From the NCBI GenBank assembly GCA_049840735.1, contig JASGJN010000021.1, positions 288,001 through 352,000 on the forward strand: DNA of 64,000 nt, read 5' to 3'. The notes under the pieces were generated by a model, which did not search any database, had not been told where the DNA came from, and saw only the letters and a program-made list of their open reading frames with translations. Position 1 is the stretch's first letter. Each line of letters starts with the position of its first letter. This DNA comes from Anaeromyxobacter sp. (lineage in GTDB: Bacteria > Myxococcota > Myxococcia > Myxococcales > Anaeromyxobacteraceae). Positions 48,241-62,411 of the stretch are shown here, one piece after another. Position numbers and translations under genes: made by a program.

Positions 48241-48687
48241 ATGAAAGCACTCGTCCTTCCTTGCGTGCTGCTCCTCGCCGGGTGCGTGGTGTACGAGGCG
48301 CCGCCACCTCCCCGCCCGGTCTACACCCCGCCGCCCCAGCCCGCGGCGCCCCGCGTCATCTCCCAGCAGCAGGCCGTGGACATCGGCTTCCGCCTGGCCG
48401 AGGACCGCGGGCTCAAGGTCAGCGCCGTGCATCACGTCCACCTGGACTCCTCCGGACGCTGGCACGTGGACCTGCGCGGCGAGGACCGGGCGCTGATGCT
48501 GCTCGACGGCCGGGACGGGAAGATGCTGAAGGGGCACTTCAAGGACGCGGGGAACGCCGCTGAGCCGCCGCCTGGGCCGGGGCAGCCGCAGCAGACGCCG
48601 CCGCCGCCGCCCCAGCAGCAGCAGGGCCCGCAGGACCAGTCGGCGCCGCCGCCGGAGACGCCGGACGACTTCGAGCTGGAAGGCTAA
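48241..48687 (+). CDS. Pro-rich lipoprotein (PepSY-like core)
   Basis: Lipobox [20 protein letters not shown]. Confidence 0.65.
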   Translation: MKALVLPCVLLLAGCVVYEAPPPPRPVYTPPPQPAAPRVISQQQAVDIGFRLAEDRGLKVSAVHHVHLDSSGRWHVDLRGEDRALMLLDGRDGKMLKGHFKDAGNAAEPPPGPGQPQQTPPPPPQQQQGPQDQSAPPPETPDDFELEG

Positions 48688-49256
48688 GCGCCGGACCGGA
48701 TCACCGGCCCGCTCACCCACTCGCTCCCGGCCAGCGCGTAGCGCCAGGGCCGCTCCGCCCACGGCCCCGCGTAGGCCACGTTCACGCGCGGGCCGGTCAC
48801 CACCCGCCCGGCGCGCGGCGCGTCCTCCACGAACAGGTCGTCGCCGCACAGGTCGCGGCCGTTGTCGTGCTCGCGCCGGATCGCCAGCGCGCGGCACAGG
48901 TTGCCCGGCCCGCGCGTCGAGTGCAGGCACCCCTCCAGCGGCTCGGCGGCGCGGATCAGCACCGCCGACGGGAATCCCTCCGGCCCGGTGACCACGTTCA
49001 TGCAGTGGCTCCGGCCGTAGATCAGGTAGACGTAGGCCACCCCGGGCGGCCCGAACATGATGGTGGCCCGCGGCGTGGGCCCGGCCCGGGCGTGCGAGGC
49101 CTGGTCGCCCGGGCCGTGGTAGGCCTCGGTCTCGACGATGCGCGCAGCCCGCCGTACGCCGCCCTCCAGGTGGACCAGCACCTTGCCGATCAGCTCGCGC
49201 GCCACCCGCCGCGTGTCGCGGGCGTAGAACGACCTGTCCAGCTTCGGAGCGCTCAC
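48684..49256 (-). CDS. mpg: DNA-3-methyladenine glycosylase
   Basis: [30 protein letters not shown]. Confidence 0.9.
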   Translation of the reverse strand: MSAPKLDRSFYARDTRRVARELIGKVLVHLEGGVRRAARIVETEAYHGPGDQASHARAGPTPRATIMFGPPGVAYVYLIYGRSHCMNVVTGPEGFPSAVLIRAAEPLEGCLHSTRGPGNLCRALAIRREHDNGRDLCGDDLFVEDAPRAGRVVTGPRVNVAYAGPWAERPWRYALAGSEWVSGPVIRSGA

Positions 49257-49352
49257 GTCGCGGCGACGGTACCGTGCGGGTGGCGCAGCGGCAACGCCAC
49301 CCGCGAGGGCATGACGCCTCCGGCACTCCCTCCGGTTACCTTGGCCTGGATC

Positions 49353-50060
49353 GTGCGCTCCCTGGCGCTCACCCTGCTGCTGCTCCTGCCCGCCGCCGCC
49401 CTGGCCGCGCAGGAGACGCCCGCGCCACCCGCCGAGCCCGCTCCGGCTTCGCCGCCCCCCCAGCCCGCTCCGGCCGCGCCGCCCGCTCCGGCCGCGAGCG
49501 ACGCCGACGACTTCGAGCCGGATCGCCCGGCCCGCTCCATCGCGCTCGGCCCGGTGCCGGACGGCCACGTCAACCTCACGCTCGAGGGTGGCTGGCTCCG
49601 GAGCGGCATCCGGGCCGACATCGGCCTGCTGGCCTCCTTCGACCTGGTGCTGCGCGCCGACGCCATGCTGCTCTACGACCAGCTGGACGGGCAGACCGGC
49701 CTGCACGGCGGGCTGCGGGTGACCCCCTTCGACGACGGCGCGGTGCGCCTCTCGCTGGAGGTCTTCTACGGCCAGATCTTCGTCCCCACCGCCCACGCCA
49801 GCACCAACGTGGACGAGCTCGGCGGCGAGCTGGTGGCCGGCACGGTGCTGGACTGGGCCACCTTCTACGGCCGCGTGCAGATCCGCGGCCTCCACTCGCG
49901 CGTCGAGTCGGCGCGGCTCTCGCTGCGCGAGTCCGAGGTGGGCTTCGGCGCCGAGCGGGCGCTGGGCAAGGTGCTGGTGGGCGCCGAAGGGTTCATCTGG
50001 GGCCGCCCGGATCACACCGGGATGGGCGGCTGGAGGCTCCGTGTCGCGTATGCGTTCTAG
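49353..50060 (+). CDS. Putative outer-membrane protein
   Basis: Signal peptide, amphipathic strands, C-terminal YAF. Confidence 0.6.
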   Translation: MRSLALTLLLLLPAAALAAQETPAPPAEPAPASPPPQPAPAAPPAPAASDADDFEPDRPARSIALGPVPDGHVNLTLEGGWLRSGIRADIGLLASFDLVLRADAMLLYDQLDGQTGLHGGLRVTPFDDGAVRLSLEVFYGQIFVPTAHASTNVDELGGELVAGTVLDWATFYGRVQIRGLHSRVESARLSLRESEVGFGAERALGKVLVGAEGFIWGRPDHTGMGGWRLRVAYAF

Positions 50061-50820
50061 CCCCCGGCTGCTGGCCACGCTGGCCCTCGCGCTCGCCGCC
50101 GCCTGCAGCAAGCGCGACGTGGAGACCCGCCCCTTCCGCCTGGTCGCCACGCTGCCGGACGGCCAGTCGCTCTCCACGCTGTCCGCTTCACCCACGGTGA
50201 TCCAGCTGCTCGGCGTCGGGAAGGTGGACGCGCCCGACCGCCTGGTGCTGCAGGGCGCGCGGCTCCAGCGGGCGGAAGGCGAGCAGGCGCTCGGCGACGT
50301 CACCTTCTCCTTCGACCGGACCGTCGCGCCCTTGATCGCCATCCCCGAGCGGCTGGACGAGCAGCCCCTGGTGGTGGAGGTCGGGCTGCGCCCGGAGGGC
50401 TTCGGCCCCAAGCTCGAGCCGCTCGACATCACCGGCTTTCGTATCGCCACCGGCCTGCTGGCCCCCACCTACGAGTTCATGATCGGAGAGGGGACCGTGG
50501 AGGCGCCGGGCGGAGAGGCCGAGCTGCCGGCGCCGCTCTACTTCCTCAGCGGCTCGGAGGACATCCCGTCGCTGGCGGTGCGCCAGGACCTGCTCGACTA
50601 CGAGCCGGCCGAGTGCGGGCTCGTCTACCTGGACGTGCTGGCGGTGGGAGACCAGGGCGGCAGCCCGGACATCGCGGCGCTTCGCCGCGGGGCTGTGCAC
50701 CTGGTCGCAGTGGGACAGCGTGCAGATCCCTGGATCGTCTTGCATGTGCTCTCCTGGCACAGGCAGGGCACGTGCTCTGGACAGGCATCTGTCTGGACTC
50801 AGATCGCTGCCTGGCGATAG
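50050..50820 (+). CDS. Hypothetical lipoprotein
   Basis: Lipobox AAAC; lies between the OMP gene and pyk. Confidence 0.6.
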   Translation: MRSSPRLLATLALALAAACSKRDVETRPFRLVATLPDGQSLSTLSASPTVIQLLGVGKVDAPDRLVLQGARLQRAEGEQALGDVTFSFDRTVAPLIAIPERLDEQPLVVEVGLRPEGFGPKLEPLDITGFRIATGLLAPTYEFMIGEGTVEAPGGEAELPAPLYFLSGSEDIPSLAVRQDLLDYEPAECGLVYLDVLAVGDQGGSPDIAALRRGAVHLVAVGQRADPWIVLHVLSWHRQGTCSGQASVWTQIAAWR

Positions 50821-50832
50821 AAAGGCGCCTTC

Positions 50833-52305
<1,473 letters not shown>

Positions 52306-52386
52306 CCCCCAGGGCCCACGCCTGGTGGGGCGGTCTGCCCGATCCTGTCAGGGCGTGACCCGGCGCCCGGGTTATAAGCCCGGGTC

Positions 52387-53571
52387 ATGGACATCCGCGC
52401 CCTGCAGCAGTCCCTGACGGAGCAGCAGCTCGACGCCTGGCTCCTCTACGACTTCCACGGCCAGAACCCCACCGCGCTGACCGCGCTGGGGCTGCACGGC
52501 CACATGCTGACCCGCCGCTGGTGCTACCTGGTCCCGCGGCAGGGGACGCCGGTGGCGCTGGTCCACGCCATCGAGACCGGCTCCTTCCCCAAGGACATCC
52601 CCGGCGGCCGGCGCTCCTACGCCTCCTGGCAGTCCTTCCGCGGCGCGCTCTCCGAGTTGCTGGGCGGGCTCGGCCCCAAGCCCAAGGTGGCCATGGAGTA
52701 CTGCCCCGAGGGCGCCATCCCCTACCTCTCGCGCGTGGACGCCGGCACGCTGGAGCTGATCCGCGGCTTCGGCGTGGAGGTGCACTCCTCCGCCGAGCTG
52801 GTGCAGCGCTTCCTCTGCCGCTGGGACCTGGCGCAGGTGGAGAGCCACAAGCGCGCGCTGGACGGCATCGACGCGGCCAAGGACGCGGCCTTCGCCTGGA
52901 TCGGCGGCGCGCACCGCCGCGGGGAGACGCCGCTCGAGACCGAGGTCCAGAAGTTCCTGATGGACCGGTTCGCCGAGGAGGACCTCGAGACCGATCACCC
53001 GCCCATCGTGGCGGTGAACGGCCACGCCGGCGATCCCCACTACGCGCCCTCCGACGCCACCCCCACGCCCATCAAGCCGGGCGACCTGGTGCTGATCGAC
53101 CTGTGGGCCCGCGGGAAGGGGCCGCGCGACGTGTACGCCGACATCACCTGGTGCGGCTTCTGCGGCGACCACCCGCCCGCCAAGCTGAAGGAGATCTGGA
53201 AGGTCACCACCGAGGCGCGCGACGTCGGGCTGGCCACGGTGGAGAAGGCCTTCCGCGAGGGGCGGGCGCTGGCCGGCTGGGAGGTGGACCGCGCCGTGCG
53301 CGATCACATCACCGCGGCCGGTTACGGCGATCGGTTCGTGCACCGCACCGGCCACTCCATCGGCGGCAACGTCCACGGCGACGGCGCCAACCTCGACGAC
53401 CTCGAGACGCACGACACCCGCCGGCTCATCCCCGGCCTGGCCTTCTCCATCGAGCCGGGCATCTACCTCGCGGACGAGGGCCTGGGCGTGCGCAGCGAGA
53501 TCGACGTCTTCCTGGCGGCGGACGGCCCCAAGGTCTTCGCCAAGATCCAGAAGGACCTGGTCCGGATCTGA
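52387..53571 (+). CDS. M24 family metallopeptidase (Xaa-Pro aminopeptidase-like)
   Basis: LIDLW, ADIT, HRTGHSIG, FSIEPGIY, GVRSE. Confidence 0.9.
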   Translation: MDIRALQQSLTEQQLDAWLLYDFHGQNPTALTALGLHGHMLTRRWCYLVPRQGTPVALVHAIETGSFPKDIPGGRRSYASWQSFRGALSELLGGLGPKPKVAMEYCPEGAIPYLSRVDAGTLELIRGFGVEVHSSAELVQRFLCRWDLAQVESHKRALDGIDAAKDAAFAWIGGAHRRGETPLETEVQKFLMDRFAEEDLETDHPPIVAVNGHAGDPHYAPSDATPTPIKPGDLVLIDLWARGKGPRDVYADITWCGFCGDHPPAKLKEIWKVTTEARDVGLATVEKAFREGRALAGWEVDRAVRDHITAAGYGDRFVHRTGHSIGGNVHGDGANLDDLETHDTRRLIPGLAFSIEPGIYLADEGLGVRSEIDVFLAADGPKVFAKIQKDLVRI

Positions 53572-53599
53572 TCCCGCCGCCGATCCACCGGGCCCCGCC

Positions 53600-55090
53600 G
53601 TGAGCGCGTCGTTCCCAGGCCTGCCGCCCCCGCCGCCGCCCAGCGAGCCGGTGGTGGCGGCGGCGGTGGTGCTCCACCGCGACGGGCCCGAGGGGCGCGA
53701 GGTGGTGCTGGTGCGGCGCGGGAAGGACCTGCGCTTCGCCGGCGGCTGGCACGCCTTCCCGGGCGGCCGGCTGGATCCGCCCGACGCGGCCGTGCCGGTG
53801 TGGGGGCTCTCCGGCCAGGCCGCCGCGCTGGCCGCCTGCGCGGTGCGCGAGGTGTTCGAGGAGACCGGCGTGCTGCTGGCGCGCGGCGCCGAGCGGGTCG
53901 GGCCGGAGGCTCGGCGCGAGGCGCGGCGGGCGCTGCTGGACGGGACGCTGGACCTGGCCGGGCTGCTCTCGGCCCACGGCCTGGCCGTCGATCCGGCGCG
54001 GCTCACCCCGGCCGGCCGCTGGATCACCCCCGAGCACCTGCCGCTCCGCTACGACGCGCGCGTCTTCCTGGCGGCGCTGCCGCCGGGCGAGGTGCCGGAG
54101 ATCTGGCCGGGCGAGCTGGCCGACGGCGGGCTCATCCCGGCGAGCCGCGCGCTGGAGCGGTGGGAGCGCGGCGAGGTGCTGCTCCACCCGCCCAACCTGA
54201 ACGCGCTGCGGGTGCTGGCCCGCCCCGGCGCCATCGACCTCGAGAAGCTGCGCTCGCCCCCGCACGTCCAGGCCGGCGTGGGCAGCCGGATGGAGTTCCA
54301 GGGCGGCTTCTTCCTGGCGCCGCTGCGCACGCCCACGCTCCCGCCCGCCGCGCACACCAACGCCTGGCTGGTGCCGTTCCAGGACGGCCTGGCGGTGGTG
54401 GACCCCGGCGCCTGGGATGCGGACGAGCAGGAGCGGCTCTTCGCGCTGGTGGACGGGCTGGCCGGGGAGGGGCGGCCGCTGCGGGCGGTCTGGCTGACGC
54501 ACGGCCACCCCGACCACGTGGGCGCGGTGGCGGCGGTGGCGGCCCGCTACGGCGTGCCGGTGAAGGGCCACCCGCTGGTCGCCGCCCGCCTGCCGGAGCC
54601 GGTGGCGGTGGAGCCGCTGGCCGACGGCGACCGGCTGGGCCGGTTCCGCGTGCTGGCCACCCCCGGCCACGCCCGCGAGCACCTGGCCTTCCTCGACGAG
54701 GAGACCGGCGCGCTGCTGGCCGGTGACATGGTCAGCACGCTCTCCACCATCGTGATCGATCCGGCCGAGGGCGACATGGCCGAGTACATGCGGCAGCTGG
54801 CCCGGCTGCGCGACCTGGGCCCGCGCACGCTCTACCCGGCCCACGGGCCCCCGGCGCCGGACGCCGCCGCCCGGCTGGACGGCTACCTGGAGCACCGCCT
54901 GGCCCGCGAGCGGCTGGTGCGCGAGGCGCTCGTCACGTCCGGGACCCTGGAGGCGGTGACCGCCCGGGCCTACGCCGACACGCCGCCGGTGCTGCACCCG
55001 CTGGCTGCCCGGAGCTGCCTGGCCTCGCTGCTGAAGCTGCAGGCGGAGGGGGTGGCGCGGGAGCAGGGCGGCGCCTGGTCGCTCGCCTGA
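53600..55090 (+). CDS. NUDIX + MBL-fold hydrolase fusion
   Basis: FPGG..AVREVFEETG NUDIX box; THGHPDH, TPGH, PAHG MBL motifs. Confidence 0.88.
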   Translation: MSASFPGLPPPPPPSEPVVAAAVVLHRDGPEGREVVLVRRGKDLRFAGGWHAFPGGRLDPPDAAVPVWGLSGQAAALAACAVREVFEETGVLLARGAERVGPEARREARRALLDGTLDLAGLLSAHGLAVDPARLTPAGRWITPEHLPLRYDARVFLAALPPGEVPEIWPGELADGGLIPASRALERWERGEVLLHPPNLNALRVLARPGAIDLEKLRSPPHVQAGVGSRMEFQGGFFLAPLRTPTLPPAAHTNAWLVPFQDGLAVVDPGAWDADEQERLFALVDGLAGEGRPLRAVWLTHGHPDHVGAVAAVAARYGVPVKGHPLVAARLPEPVAVEPLADGDRLGRFRVLATPGHAREHLAFLDEETGALLAGDMVSTLSTIVIDPAEGDMAEYMRQLARLRDLGPRTLYPAHGPPAPDAAARLDGYLEHRLARERLVREALVTSGTLEAVTARAYADTPPVLHPLAARSCLASLLKLQAEGVAREQGGAWSLA

Positions 55091-55228
55091 TCTGCGCCGA
55101 TGTGGGCGTGCGGAGACACGCCCGGTGTATCGGAAAGTCGACGCCGGTGCCGGATTCCCACGCCCCTTGGCGGGGTGCACCGAGGGCTCACTCCTGCTAA
55201 ACACAGGATATTCCCCTGCGCCGCACCT

Positions 55229-55245
55229 GGGGTACGGGCGTTGCA
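55229..55245 (+). promoter_or_regulatory. Putative sigma54 (-24/-12) promoter
   Basis: GGTACGGGCGTTGCA = GG-N10-GC, about 30 bp upstream of the ATG. Confidence 0.55.
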
Positions 55246-55275
55246 CCCAGCGCTCGCATGATGTCGGAGCGCACC

Positions 55276-55786
55276 ATGAAGACCGGCCGCATCGCCCTCC
55301 TCCTCTGCTCAGCCTTCGTCGTCGGCGGTGCCTCCGCCGAGGTGGCGGTTCGCACCCACCGTGCCGTCGAGCAGGTCCAGGCCGAGCGGGACGCCGGCGC
55401 CGCTGGTCAGCTGGTGTCGCTCGAGCTGGCCAGCGCCGACGGCCAGGTGCTGGCCAGCCCCCGCTTCATCGCCCCCACCGGCAAGGCCGCCGAGCTGGTG
55501 CTGCACGACCCGACCAAGGCCGGCCAGGTGCAGCTCGCCTTCCGCGTCGAGGCCGAGCGCCAGTCCACCGGCCAGATCTGCCTGGCCTACGAGCTGTGGG
55601 TCCCCGGCCACGACGTGGCCACCCGCGGGCGCGTCTCGCTGCAGCCCGGCGTCCAGCAGTCGATTCCGCCTCCCCGATGGCCAGCTGGTGGCCACCTGGA
55701 TGGCGGTCCCGTTCCCCTCGCGCCAGTTCGACAAGCTCCTCGAGCTCTACCGCGTGCAGCGGAAGGGCGGCGGGAAGCAGACGTAA
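55276..55786 (+). CDS. Secreted hypothetical protein, frameshift at ~55665
   Basis: Signal peptide MKTGRIALLL; C-terminus continues in another frame (..LPDGQLVATW..KQT*). Confidence 0.6.
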
Positions 55787-55799
55787 GCAGGTCGGTGCC

Positions 55800-55903
55800 T
55801 GCCCTTCGACTCCGCGGGCTGCCCCTGCCCTTCGACTCCGCGCTCTGCGCCTGCCCTTCGACTCCGCGCCCGCTGACGCGGGCGCTACGCTCAGGGCGAA
55901 CGG
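55800..55903. repeat. REP-like element preceded by two partial copies
   Basis: gcccttcgactccgcg occurs three times; full copy at 55853-55903. Confidence 0.85.
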
Positions 55904-55929
55904 GGCCGCTCGATCCGGCCTGACGTGCG

Positions 55930-56550
55930 ATCCCGTTCGTGGGAGCGTAGCCGGGTCACGGGCCCAACGCAGCTGCGTGCCGGTCCCATCCCGTTCGTGG
56001 GAGCGTAGGGCCGGGCCAGGGGCCCAACGCAGCTGCGTGCCGGTCCCATCCCGTTCGTGGGAGCGTAGGGCCGGGCCAGGGGCCCAACGCAGCTGCGTGC
56101 CGGTCCCATCCCGTTCGTGGGAGCGTAGGGCCGGGCCAGGGGCCCAACGCAGCTGCGTGCCGGTCCCATCCCGTTCGTGGGAGCGTAGGGCCGGGCCAGG
56201 GGCCCGACGCAGCTGCGTGCCGGTCCCATCCCGTTCGTGGGAGCGTAGGGCCGGGTCAGGGGCCCAACGCAGCTGCGTGCCGGTCCCCATCCCGTTCGTG
56301 GGAGCATAGGGCCGGGTCACGGGCCCAACGCAGCTGCGTGCCGGTCCCATCCCGTTCGTGGGAGCGTAGGGCCAGGTCACGGGCCCAACGCAGCTGCGTG
56401 CCGGTCCCATCCCGTTCGTGGGAGCGTAGGGCCAGGTCACGGGCCCAACGCAGCTGCGTGCCGGACCCCATCCCGTTCGTGGTGAGCGTAGCGCCCGGTC
56501 ATGAGCCGAGCGCAGCTGCGTGCCGGGCGCGGAGTCGAACCACGGACGGG
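55930..56550. repeat. Tandem array, 9 x ~60 bp half-REP units, ending in one full REP
   Basis: Unit atcccgttcgtgggagcgtagggccgggccaggggcccaacgcagctgcgtgccggtccc; full element at 56473-56550. Confidence 0.95.
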
Positions 56551-56582
56551 GACCGCTACTCCCGCTCAGCGCCGTCGTGCGG

Positions 56583-57188
56583 CTACTTCGCCGCCGCCTG
56601 CGCCGCCGGCTCGAACCGCGCCGTCTTCATCAGGTGGGCGAAGGCGCCCTTCGCGTAGGGCTCGGCCTTGGGGCCCATCGTGAGCGACTTCACGACCCAG
56701 GGGCCGGGCGCGGCGCAGATCACCAGCACCTGGCTCGCCCCGGCCGCCTCGTGGATCAGCCAGCCGGGGTGGCCGTCCACCGGGGCCGGCGTGAGGTCGT
56801 CCGGCCCGCGGCCGTCGGTCACCTCCAGCCACTCGAAGGTGCGCTTGCGATCGGCGCACTGCTCGGGGCTGAGGTCGTCGCGGTGCTGCACGCCGACGCC
56901 GCCACAGGTCGCGTCATCCCGCTCGACGCAGAACGCGAAGACCTGGCCGTTGACGAGGGCGTTCCCGGTCATCCCACCGCGTCCTGGCAGGCTCATCTTT
57001 AAGTTGAGCAGGCCGATGATGCCGCCGCCGGTGGTGAGGAAGCTGTTGGGCACCTCGAAGGAGAACGTCTGGAGCTGGTAGCGCGAGGTCTGCGGGACGG
57101 AGCCGGGGCTCTTGGTCAGCTGGGTGGTGGGGCCGGCGCAGCCGAGCAGCAGGGCGACGAGCAGCGACGGGGTCCAGCGGGCGTTCAT
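56583..57188 (-). CDS. Hypothetical lipoprotein
   Basis: Lipobox LLGC. Confidence 0.6.
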   Translation of the reverse strand: MNARWTPSLLVALLLGCAGPTTQLTKSPGSVPQTSRYQLQTFSFEVPNSFLTTGGGIIGLLNLKMSLPGRGGMTGNALVNGQVFAFCVERDDATCGGVGVQHRDDLSPEQCADRKRTFEWLEVTDGRGPDDLTPAPVDGHPGWLIHEAAGASQVLVICAAPGPWVVKSLTMGPKAEPYAKGAFAHLMKTARFEPAAQAAAK

Positions 57189-57301
57189 GAGGGCCTCGGT
57201 GGTGGGCGTGGGAGCAGCGACCCGCAGTAGAGGACACCGGGCCCGGATTGCCAAAGGCCGCCGCGTCGCAGGGGCTTCACCAATCCTGACCGGGCCTGCC
57301 G

Positions 57302-57844
57302 CTACTCCCGCTCCAGCGCCGCCGCCTCGGCCTCGAGCCGCTCCGCCTGCTCGCGCAGCTCGGCCTGGCGCTGCGCCAGGCGGGCGCGCTCCTCGACCAG
57401 GGGCCGCGCCGCGGCGGGCTCGACCGCCGGGGATGGGAGCGGGGGCTGGAAGCGCGCCAGCTCGCCGGGGTTGGGCGGCTGCGGCTGCAGCTGCGACTGC
57501 GCGTCGGCGGCGCGGCGCGCGGCGGCGATGCGGGCGTCCAGCGCAGACACCGGGCGGCTGAGCCCGTCGGCCTCGTCCCGCAGCGCGTCGGCCCGCTCGC
57601 GCAGCTCGTCGGGACCGGGGCCGCCGGACGGCCGCGGCGGGCGCGGCTGCTTCTTCTCCAGCGCCGCCGCCAGCTCCTGCGAGCGGACGAGCAGGCGATC
57701 GAGCTCGGCGCCGACGTCCTTGCCCTTCATGCGCTGCGCCTTGAGCTGCTCGATGCGCGCGGCGACGCGGTCCAGCTCCGCGCGGAGCGGGTCCGCTGGG
57801 GTGGAGAGCGCGAGGGCGGCGCTGAGCAAGAACGTCGAGAGCAT
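57302..57844 (-). CDS. Secreted coiled-coil hypothetical protein
   Basis: Signal peptide, heptad-rich helices. Confidence 0.6.
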   Translation of the reverse strand: MLSTFLLSAALALSTPADPLRAELDRVAARIEQLKAQRMKGKDVGAELDRLLVRSQELAAALEKKQPRPPRPSGGPGPDELRERADALRDEADGLSRPVSALDARIAAARRAADAQSQLQPQPPNPGELARFQPPLPSPAVEPAAARPLVEERARLAQRQAELREQAERLEAEAAALERE

Positions 57845-57862
57845 GGTGGGCGCCGGGAGCGG

Positions 57863-57878
57863 AGCAACGTCCGTGCCG
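57863..57878 (-). promoter_or_regulatory. Putative sigma54 (-24/-12) promoter
   Basis: Minus strand CGGCACGGACGTTGCT, close to the TGGCAC-N5-TTGC consensus. Confidence 0.65.
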
Positions 57879-57991
57879 CGGTGCGAGGGCCGCCGTTACG
57901 CGGGGTTGCGCGCGCCGCGGTGTGGCGAAGCCGCGGCACCGCGGCGGATGGGCCTCGGAAAATCGATGCGCGCGGGCGCACGGGCGCTGGA

Positions 57992-58596
57992 TCAGGGCTT
58001 GTCCCTCAGCTCCCCGTAGTCCACCACCCCGACCTCCTTGCCGTCCTGGTCGAAGGTGGTCCAGCGGCCGCACTGGGCGCCCAGGCAGTGGCGCCCCACC
58101 ACCTTGGGCAGGCCGCCCGGCCAGAAGGAGACGAACGGACCGTCCGGCGTGTTGTTCCGCCAGCTGGAGCGCTCCTCGATCTTCCCGTCGGGGAACCAGA
58201 TGGTCCAGGTCCCCTCCTTGCCGTCGGCCAGGTAGGTCCCCTGGATGGCGCGCGCGCCGCCGCGGTGGAACTCGGTGTAGGGGCCGGACCGCTTGTTCTT
58301 CTCCCAGGTGGTCTCGGTCCAGAGCAGACCGTCGTCGTAGAAGGTCCGCGCCGGCCCCTGCTTCAGCTCGCGCCCCAGCTCGTCCAGCCGCTCGCAGTAC
58401 TCCTCGAAGCCGTCGGGCGGGGCGTTGCCCTGCCGCGCTGTTCCGGGCGGGCAGTCCAGCGGCGGCGCGGTGGCGGGCGCGCGCAGCGGGGGCGGCTCGG
58501 CGGCCACGCGCGAGGCCACCTCACGGGCGGTGGGGGTCCGCGGCGCGGGCGCGGGCCAGCCGCCCAGGAGCAGCAGCGTGAGCGGGATGGCGGCGT

Positions 58597-58600
<4 letters not shown>
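57992..58600 (-). CDS. MORN-variant repeat (YwqK-like) secreted protein
   Basis: Repeated G..T.F/W..G units ([27 protein letters not shown]). Confidence 0.75.
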
Positions 58601-60018
<1,418 letters not shown>

Positions 60019-60139
60019 GGCCCGCACTCTACCGCGGGGTGCCCTTCCCCGCAGTGGGCACGGACCGTGCGGGTTTCTCGCAGGATGCGCGAGGGTTTTT
60101 CGTGTTTGTCAAAGCATCCCCGGTGATTACGGATCAGGG

Positions 60140-61978
60140 ATGAACAGGAAGACCGCGGGCTTCAACTTCGTCTACCTCCTCGTCGCCGTGCTGGGCGTGA
60201 TGGTCCTGCAGGACTTCTGGATCCGCTCGCAGGCGGTGGTGACGCTCCCCTACAGCGAGTTCCAGAAGTACGTCCGCGAGGACAAGGTGGCGCGGGTGGT
60301 GGTCTCGCAGGGCGAGCTGCAGGGTGAGTTCAAGCAGCCCATCGACGGCAAGAAGCGGTTCACCACCGCCCGCGTCGACCCGGAGATCTCCAAGGAGCTG
60401 GACGCGCGCGGCGTCCAGTACGCCGGCCGGTTCGAGAACGACCTCTTGCCGCTGATCCTGTCCTGGGTGGTGCCCATCGCGCTCTTCTTCGCGGTCTACG
60501 TCTTCATCGGCCGGCGCATGGCCCGCTCCATGGGCGGCCCGGGCGGCGGCCTCATGACCATCGGCAAGTCCAAGGCCAAGGTCTACGTGGAGACCGACAC
60601 CAAGACGACCTTCGCCGACGTGGCCGGCGTGGACGAGGCCAAGGACGAGCTGCGCGAGATCGTCTCCTTCCTCAAGGACCCGAAGGTGCATGGCCGCCTG
60701 GGGGCCCGCATGCCCAAGGGCGTGCTGCTGGTCGGCCCGCCCGGCACCGGCAAGACGCTGCTCGCCAAGGCGGTCGCGGGCGAGGCGGGGGTGCCGTTCT
60801 TCTCCATCAGCGGCTCGGAGTTCGTGGAGATGTTCGTGGGCGTGGGCGCCGCGCGCGTCCGCGACCTGTTCGAGCAGGCCCGGCAGAAGGCGCCGGCCAT
60901 CATCTTCATCGACGAGCTGGACGCCCTGGGGCGCGCCCGCGCCTCGATGAACGGGATGGGCGGCGGTCACGACGAGAAGGAGCAGACGCTGAACCAGCTG
61001 CTGGTGGAGCTGGACGGGTTCGACCCGGCCGCCGGGATCGTGCTCCTGGGCGCCACCAACCGGCCCGAGGTGCTGGACCCGGCGCTGCTCCGCGCCGGCC
61101 GCTTCGACCGGCAGGTGCTGGTGGACCGCCCGGACAAGCCCGGCCGCGTGGCCGTGCTGCGGGTGCACACGAAGCGGGTGGTGCTGGCGCAGGACGTGAC
61201 GCTGGAGGAGGTGGCCGCGCTCACGCCGGGCTTCACCGGCGCCGACCTCGCCAACCTGGTCAACGAGGCGGCCCTGGTGGCCACCCGCCGCGGCGCCGAG
61301 CGGATCGGCATGGACGACTTCAACGTGGCGGTGGAGCGGATCATCGCCGGCCTGGAGAAGAAGAACCGGCTGCTCAACCCGAAGGAGCGGGCGGTGGTGG
61401 CCCACCACGAGATGGGCCACGCCCTGGTGGCCGCCGCGCTGCCCGGCGCCGACCCGGTCCACAAGATCAGCATCATCCCGCGCGGCATCGGCGCGCTGGG
61501 CTACACCATCCAGCGCCCGACCGAGGACCGCTACCTCATGACGCGCGAGGAGCTGGAGAACAAGATGGCCGTGCTGCTGGGCGGCCGCGCCGCCGAGCAC
61601 GTGATTTACGGCCACCTCTCCACCGGCGCCTCGGACGACCTGTCCCGCGCCACCGAGATCGCCCGCAGCATGGTGACCCGCTACGGCATGGCCGGACGGC
61701 TGGGGGCGGTCACCTACGAGAGCGAGCCGAACGGCTTCCTGGGCCCGGTGGCCGGGACGCGCCGGCTCTACTCGGAGGAGACCGCCCGCGAGATCGACCT
61801 GGCCGTGCGCGAGCTGGTGGACGGCGCCTTCCTGCGCGCCCGGGCCCTGCTGGTCCGGAACCGCGCGCTGCTGGAGGAGAGCGCGCGGGACCTGCTCACG
61901 CGCGAGACGCTGGCCGGGGCCGAGCTGGCCGGCGTGCTGGGGAAGGTGCGCGGGGAGGAGCCGCGGGCGGCGGCGTAG
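60140..61978 (+). CDS. ftsH: ATP-dependent zinc metalloprotease FtsH
   Basis: Two TMs, [26 protein letters not shown]. Confidence 0.96.
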   Translation: MNRKTAGFNFVYLLVAVLGVMVLQDFWIRSQAVVTLPYSEFQKYVREDKVARVVVSQGELQGEFKQPIDGKKRFTTARVDPEISKELDARGVQYAGRFENDLLPLILSWVVPIALFFAVYVFIGRRMARSMGGPGGGLMTIGKSKAKVYVETDTKTTFADVAGVDEAKDELREIVSFLKDPKVHGRLGARMPKGVLLVGPPGTGKTLLAKAVAGEAGVPFFSISGSEFVEMFVGVGAARVRDLFEQARQKAPAIIFIDELDALGRARASMNGMGGGHDEKEQTLNQLLVELDGFDPAAGIVLLGATNRPEVLDPALLRAGRFDRQVLVDRPDKPGRVAVLRVHTKRVVLAQDVTLEEVAALTPGFTGADLANLVNEAALVATRRGAERIGMDDFNVAVERIIAGLEKKNRLLNPKERAVVAHHEMGHALVAAALPGADPVHKISIIPRGIGALGYTIQRPTEDRYLMTREELENKMAVLLGGRAAEHVIYGHLSTGASDDLSRATEIARSMVTRYGMAGRLGAVTYESEPNGFLGPVAGTRRLYSEETAREIDLAVRELVDGAFLRARALLVRNRALLEESARDLLTRETLAGAELAGVLGKVRGEEPRAAA

Positions 61979-62002
61979 GGGCGGCTGGGCGGCAGCGGGC
62001 CT

Positions 62003-62067
62003 CCGTTCGTCCTGAGCGTAGCGGGCCGGCCCGTCCAGGGCCGGTTCGCGAAGTCGAAGATGAACGG
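62003..62067. repeat. REP-like element
   Basis: ccgttcgtcctgagcgtag-hairpin-gaagtcgaagatgaacgg. Confidence 0.8.
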
Positions 62068-62159
62068 CGCTGAACGCCGGCCGCCAGACACCGAGCGGCG
62101 CTCGCGCGCTGAAGCCCGGGAGAGGCTGCTCTCCCGGGCCCTCGGCTTCACCGGGCCGA

Positions 62160-62411
62160 TCACTTCACGTTCAGCGCCACCTCGTAGATCTCCTCCGCCG
62201 GGTGGCCGGCCTGCTGGTGCACCCGCTGTACGGCCTCCTTGTTCGGCCCCTCCGCGAGGCAGAACACCTTCCCGCTGGTCGGGTCCGCCCAGGCCTCGAT
62301 GAAGTGCACCTTCTCCTTCCCCTCGAGCGCCAGGTCGCGGTTGTGCGCCTCCAGCAGCGCCTCGCGCGTGACCCCCTTCATCGAGCTGTGGACGTCCATG
62401 AATCGAGCCAT
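62160..62411 (-). CDS. DUF4242 / SCO4226-like small putative metal-binding protein
   Basis: FMDVH, AHNRDL, KVFCLAEGP, VHQQAGHPAEEIYEV. Confidence 0.8.
   Translation of the reverse strand: MARFMDVHSSMKGVTREALLEAHNRDLALEGKEKVHFIEAWADPTSGKVFCLAEGPNKEAVQRVHQQAGHPAEEIYEVALNVK

Noticed and set aside
55930..56550. CRISPR array or repeat-protein gene (ORFs 55466..56440, 55891..56307 and others)
   Set aside because: No spacers; the 60-bp period keeps several frames open by chance and the unit derives from the non-coding REP
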